From: a plasmid
Direction: 5' to 3' (one strand)
Sequence record: NZ_CP085772.1
DNA: 51,836 bases
Below, in pieces: positions 47,797 to 51,836 of this stretch (positions are counted from its first letter, which is position 1; every line of letters begins with the position of its first letter). The translations under genes were made by a program, and so were the position numbers. The notes under the pieces were generated by a model, which saw only the letters and a program-made list of their open reading frames with translations, did not search any database and was not told the DNA's origin.

Positions 47797-48569
47797 GCGG
47801 CCTCTTATCATATTCTCACCCGCAGCAGCCGGCGCAAATGCCGGTGGCCATTGACTATCCCGCCGCGCTGGCCCTGCGCCAGATGGCGCTCGTTCAAGAT
47901 GAACTACCGAAATACCTGCTGGCACCGGAAGTCAGCGCCCTGCTCCATTATGTGCCCGATTTGCACCGCAAGATGCTGCTGGCAACCCTCTGGAACACCG
48001 GCGCACGTATCAACGAGGCGCTGGCGCTGACCCGGGGGGATTTTTCGCTGTCCCCACCGTATCCGTTCGTGCAGTTGGCCACGCTCAAACAACGAGCGGA
48101 GAAATCGGCCAGAACAGCAGGCCGTGCCCCAGCAGGCAGTCAGGCCCACCGTCTGGTGCCCCTCTCCGATCACCAGTACGTCAGCCAGCTGCAGATGATG
48201 GTGGCCACCCTGAAAATTCCCCTCGAAAGACGAAACAAACGCACCGGCAGAATGGAGAAGGCGCGTATCTGGGAGATCACAGACCGTACCGTCCGCACCT
48301 GGCTTAGCGAAGCGGTGGAAGCCGCAGCGGCCGACGGGGTGACGTTCTCAGTACCGGTGACCCCCCATACGTTCCGTCACTCCTACGCGATGCACATGCT
48401 GTATGCCGGCATACCACTGAAGGTTTTGCAGAGCCTGATGGGCCACAAATCGATTAGCTCGACGGAAGTCTATACGAAGGTGTTTGCACTTGATGTTGCT
48501 GCGCGGCATCGAGTTCAGTTTCAGATGCCCGAAGCGGATGCGGTAGCCATGCTGAAAGGGAATATTTAA
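47793..48569 (+). CDS. Tyrosine site-specific recombinase (phage integrase family; plasmid resolvase ResD-like)
   Basis: C-terminal HTFRHSYAMHML...LMGHKSISSTEVYT (R-H-R-Y catalytic motifs). Confidence 0.75.
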   Translation: MSGLLSYSHPQQPAQMPVAIDYPAALALRQMALVQDELPKYLLAPEVSALLHYVPDLHRKMLLATLWNTGARINEALALTRGDFSLSPPYPFVQLATLKQRAEKSARTAGRAPAGSQAHRLVPLSDHQYVSQLQMMVATLKIPLERRNKRTGRMEKARIWEITDRTVRTWLSEAVEAAAADGVTFSVPVTPHTFRHSYAMHMLYAGIPLKVLQSLMGHKSISSTEVYTKVFALDVAARHRVQFQMPEADAVAMLKGNI

Positions 48570-48626
48570 GTACTTAGGAGAATGATGCTGGCGAACGTCA
48601 TGCTCGCCGGTGAGGTCTGTCAGAAG

Positions 48627-48917
48627 TTATCTGGACCAGCTGACGGGAATATCTGCTCTGTATTCCTCATACTGCTCATAGATCGCATGCTGAAGCATCG
48701 TAATACGTTCTGACAACCTGTTGGCGTCCGACATATGCCGCCATTCCCCCTCAATAGTGGTTTTCTGTCCATCCGGGAGATTGAGCGTGATCAATACCTT
48801 TGTATCACGAATAATCACCCCGTCAGTGAAAGAATTAAGACCACTCCTTACGGTATTATCTATCTGTATAGTTTCAAGTTTCATCTTGTTACCTCCTGTT
48901 GACCGGATCCCAAGCAT
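48627..48917 (-). CDS. Hypothetical 96-aa protein
   Basis: ORF only. Confidence 0.3.
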   Translation of the reverse strand: MLGIRSTGGNKMKLETIQIDNTVRSGLNSFTDGVIIRDTKVLITLNLPDGQKTTIEGEWRHMSDANRLSERITMLQHAIYEQYEEYRADIPVSWSR

Positions 48918-49444
48918 AGATATCTGAATTCAAGTTGCCTAGTGAAATGTCTGGATATGCCGCATTTTTCCCCTTATACAGTGAAGCTGGCCAAAGGCCA
49001 GCCCGCATGGATTTATCGCTTTTGCCAGTTGATCAGCATGGCAAGGAACAGGATTGTTGCCCCCTGAGAAGCTGTCAGGAAAGTTTCTAGCAATGACATC
49101 ATCGTAAAACTCCGCATTATTAATTTTAGGTGTGTGACTCAGGGGCCTTAGTCCCCCTTTTACAGGAAGTAGTGTTCTGTCACGACGGGAGCCAGGGTTA
49201 ATAAAAACGATTCGAATATGTCTGCAGGGACGATAGAAATCTTCGTGCGGGTTGTCTCGCTGTAGCGGGCTCTGGAGAGCGACTCGGGGAGGAGTAGTAT
49301 CTTCCGCCCACGGATATGATCGAGCCAGCAGTGCTCGCCGCAGCCGAGCGACAGGGCGAAGCCCCGAGTGAGCGAGGAAGCACCATGGAACAAAACTTAT
49401 AAATTCTGCTTACGCTAAATGCCTGAAAAATCACCTCCCTCTCG

Positions 49445-49725
49445 GGGTTATCCACTTATCCACGGGCATATTTTTATAAAGTATTTTTTTATTCTTTTTC
49501 TATATTTTACACCTTTTAGGGAGCCTGAAAGCCGCGTACAGTGCGGCCTGAGAGGGGGCCTGTATGGGCAACTGGTAAACATAATATGGGAAATTAATCA
49601 CGTATCCGTGGGTTTTGTGTCAACAAGCTATGGGATACGCATCAACAAGCTATGGGAAAGAGGTCAAGTTCAGTTCTCAATTATCCACTTGTGGATAAAG
49701 TGCAGATTTTTCCGGTGGATAACTA
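49445..49725. promoter_or_regulatory. Replication-origin-like region: DnaA boxes (TTATCCACT, TTATCCACG, TTATCCACTTGTGGATAA, GTGGATAAC), AT-rich stretch, and two 24-bp-period repeats related (inverted) to the downstream iterons
   Basis: DnaA-box matches read directly. tcaacaagctatggga occurs twice. Confidence 0.55.
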
Positions 49726-49795
49726 TCGCGATAGCTTGCAATTTCTGTTTTCACTGTCATTATGGGTGGGTAAAAATTTACCCATAGGCATTGAA

Positions 49796-50518
49796 ATGGA
49801 TACTCAAGCACTCTTGCCAGCTACTAAAACGTTTAAAAAACGCGCCAGTATAAAGCAATCTAACGAATTGACCGAAGCTGCATATTACCTGCCTCTTCAG
49901 GCAAAACGTGTGCTGTGGTTATGCCTCATGCAGGCCTATTTTAATGACAACCAGGAAGATGACTCTGACGTATTGCCGCTCTTCAAAATCAGCGTTTCCG
50001 ATTACGTCAAATACTTCAATGTCGCTACGTCTGTCGCCAGTCGTGATGTGAAGGCTGGGGTAAATGCTCTGGGCGAATCAACGGTTACCTTTTATCCAAA
50101 AGAAGGTGAGTTTGAAGAAGTTAAACGTCCGTGGCTGGCTGAAGCAGGAATGAAGCGAGGTCGGGGTTCCTGGCAGATTGAATTTAACTACAAGGTCATG
50201 CCATTCCTTGTCGGCTTAACCTCCCAGTTCACTACCTATTCTCTCTATGACTGTGGCCAGCTTAATAGTGTTCGTGTCATCCGGCTTTATGAAAGCCTGT
50301 GTCAGTTCCGGAGCACTGGTGTCTGGATCACCACACATGACTGGTTATGTGAAAGGTTTATGCTCCCTGCCTCGCAGAAAAACAATATTGCGGAAATGAA
50401 GCGTACCTTCCTGGAACCTGCTCTGAAGAAAATTAATGAGAAGACGCCATTAAAGGTAACATATACCACTGAAGAAGATGGTCGCTTGCTGTTTAATTTT
50501 CTTGATAAAAAACAATAG
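49796..50518 (+). CDS. repB: Rep_3-family iteron-binding replication initiator (RepB/RepE-like); start codon uncertain (the six-frame ORF begins at 49652, inside the DnaA boxes)
   Basis: Overall similarity to RepFIB/RepE-type initiators. Sits between an origin-like region and the iterons. Confidence 0.7.
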   Translation: MDTQALLPATKTFKKRASIKQSNELTEAAYYLPLQAKRVLWLCLMQAYFNDNQEDDSDVLPLFKISVSDYVKYFNVATSVASRDVKAGVNALGESTVTFYPKEGEFEEVKRPWLAEAGMKRGRGSWQIEFNYKVMPFLVGLTSQFTTYSLYDCGQLNSVRVIRLYESLCQFRSTGVWITTHDWLCERFMLPASQKNNIAEMKRTFLEPALKKINEKTPLKVTYTTEEDGRLLFNFLDKKQ

Positions 50519-50607
50519 CCTGTATTTTTTATTTCCTCCCCCTTAGTTTGTTGCTGACATATGGGGGGATACTAAAATTGCTGTATTTCCCATAGTGCTT
50601 GCCTAAC

Positions 50608-51128
50608 TTGACCTGTTTCCCGCAATCCCGGCTGTCCGCGTAGTTGACCTGTTTCCCACAGTCCCGGATGTCTGTAAAGTTGACCTGTTTTCCACAGTCC
50701 TGGCCGTCCGCGGAGTTGACCTGTTTCCCACAGTCCTGGCCGTCCGCGGAGTTGACCTGTTTCCCACAGTCCCGGACGTCTGCAAAGTTGACCTGTTTCC
50801 CACAGTCCTGGCCGTCCGCGGAGTTGACCTGTTTCCCACAGTCCCGGACGTCTGCAAAGTTGACCTGTTTCCCACAGTCCCGGACGTCTGCAAAGTTGAC
50901 CTGTTTCCCACAGTCCGGGCCGTCTGCAAAGTTGACCTGTTTCCCACAGTCCGGGCCGTCCGCGGAGTTGACTTGTTTCCCACACTCCCGGCCATCCGTG
51001 AAGTTGACCTGTTTCCCATAGTCCGGGCCGTCCGTGAAGTTGACCTGTTTCCCATAGTCCGGGCCGTCCGCGAAGTTGACCTGTTTCCCATAGTCCTGAG
51101 CGTCCATAAAGTTGACCTGTTTCCCACA
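50608..51128 (+). repeat. About 14.5 tandem 36-bp iterons (core AGTTGACCTGTTTCCCACAGTCC) downstream of rep: incA/incC-like copy-control array
   Basis: Direct repeats read from sequence. Variable positions are confined to about 8 nt per unit. Confidence 0.85.
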
Positions 51129-51443
51129 GAGGATGGAAAACTCTTCTTGTGCTGAGCGTAAGAGCTATCTGCCGGAACGGTTCCTCTTCGCTTCCTCGCC
51201 AGTTCGCTCGCTACGCTCGGTTACATGGCTGCGGCGAGCGCTGATACCTTTCTCTATACCCTTTTGTACGACTTGTTGTGTGATGGTCATAAGTGCGTCT
51301 GCGTGTTGCGGCACTGTGATTGAGTGGCACGCCCGTCGAACTTCTCCCCCCTCCTGTTGAGAGCGAAATCAAAACAATATGATTTTTTGCTTGCAACATG
51401 ACTCTTTTTGTTCAAAATGACAAAAAACGTCATGAGGTGATAA

Positions 51444-51836
51444 ATGAACAATATTGAGCAGTTACGGAAAGTTGCTACACGTGCAGGTAAGCTTCTGACA
51501 TCTTTGAGCGAGAGTATCCGCCAGCAAAAAGAGGAATTGAAGCTTACCGAGTTCTATCAGGAATACAGCAAAGCCGCTCTGTATAAGCTGCCTAAGCTCA
51601 GTAAAGGCAGTGTTGAGTATGCTGTGGCCGAAATGGAAGCCGGTGGCTACATTTTCAAAAAGAAACCTTCTGGTAATACGATGAAATACGCGATGACGAT
51701 TCAGAATGTCATCGATCTGTATAACCACCGTAAAGTACCCAAGTACAGGGATCGCTTTGATAAAGCCTTTACGATTTTTGTATGTAATCTTAAAGGTGGT
51801 GGTTCCAAGACAGTTTCTACCGCTTCATTATCACAT
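51444..51836 (+). CDS. parA: ParA-family partition ATPase, 5' portion (type Ia with N-terminal HTH extension), truncated by window end
   Basis: RBS GAGGTG. Deviant Walker A CNLKGGGSKT at the end of the window. Confidence 0.8.
   Translation, partial: MNNIEQLRKVATRAGKLLTSLSESIRQQKEELKLTEFYQEYSKAALYKLPKLSKGSVEYAVAEMEAGGYIFKKKPSGNTMKYAMTIQNVIDLYNHRKVPKYRDRFDKAFTIFVCNLKGGGSKTVSTASLSH

Noticed and set aside
50608-51128. Possible CRISPR array (regular 36-bp repeats).
   Set aside because: Units are contiguous with no unique spacers between them and lie next to a rep gene: these are iterons.
50529-51155. Four overlapping ORFs (192, 137, 174, 125 aa) with repetitive peptides such as DGPDCGKQVNFA.
   Set aside because: They read straight through the 36-bp iteron array in several frames and both strands. 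The periodic amino-acid repeats are an artefact of the DNA repeat, not genes.

Overview
This window is a mosaic accessory region of a large F-like enterobacterial plasmid (Klebsiella/Enterobacter-type backbone).

Backbone genes:
- It opens with the 3' end of sopA plus sopB (a type Ia partition system).
- A umuDC mutagenesis operon follows, with a LexA-box-like palindrome.
- It closes with a Rep_3-family initiator. The initiator is flanked by DnaA boxes and an array of about 14.5 tandem 36-bp iterons. The 5' end of a second parA lies beyond them.

Mobile elements:
- A complete bacterial group II intron (RT/maturase, no En domain) begins 1-2 bp from the umuDC operator.
- An IS1 fragment and a second, complete IS1-family element.
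- Two inverted IS903B copies.
- An IS3-family element (IS407 group) with a 4-bp TSD.
- Three IS26 copies, two of which bracket a 13-kb IS26-mediated inversion.
- Two complete and one IS26-truncated IS5075/IS4321-like (IS110-family) elements sitting in Tn21-type IR remnants.
- A truncated Tn3-family tnpA.
- A previously unannotated ~5.5-kb Tn552/Tn5053-like transposon: TnpR-TniA-TniB, ~175-bp composite terminal IRs, and a 6-bp TSD that splits a malY/patB-like gene.

Cargo:
- A thiol/electrophile-stress cluster (TetR, AhpD-like, thioredoxin, OYE reductase, DsbA/FrnE-like, SDR, OsmC remnant).
- An msrA-msrB/DoxX/TetR/DUF1471 island.
- An EamA exporter.
- hha.
- A tyrosine recombinase.

Other notable items:
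- A duplicated module encoding a eukaryote-style C2H2 zinc-finger protein next to an Rpn nuclease.
- A DinQ-like 25-aa type-I-toxin candidate.
- A ParR/StbA-like centromere: 11-bp-period repeats, a promoter, and a small HTH gene clipped by IS1.
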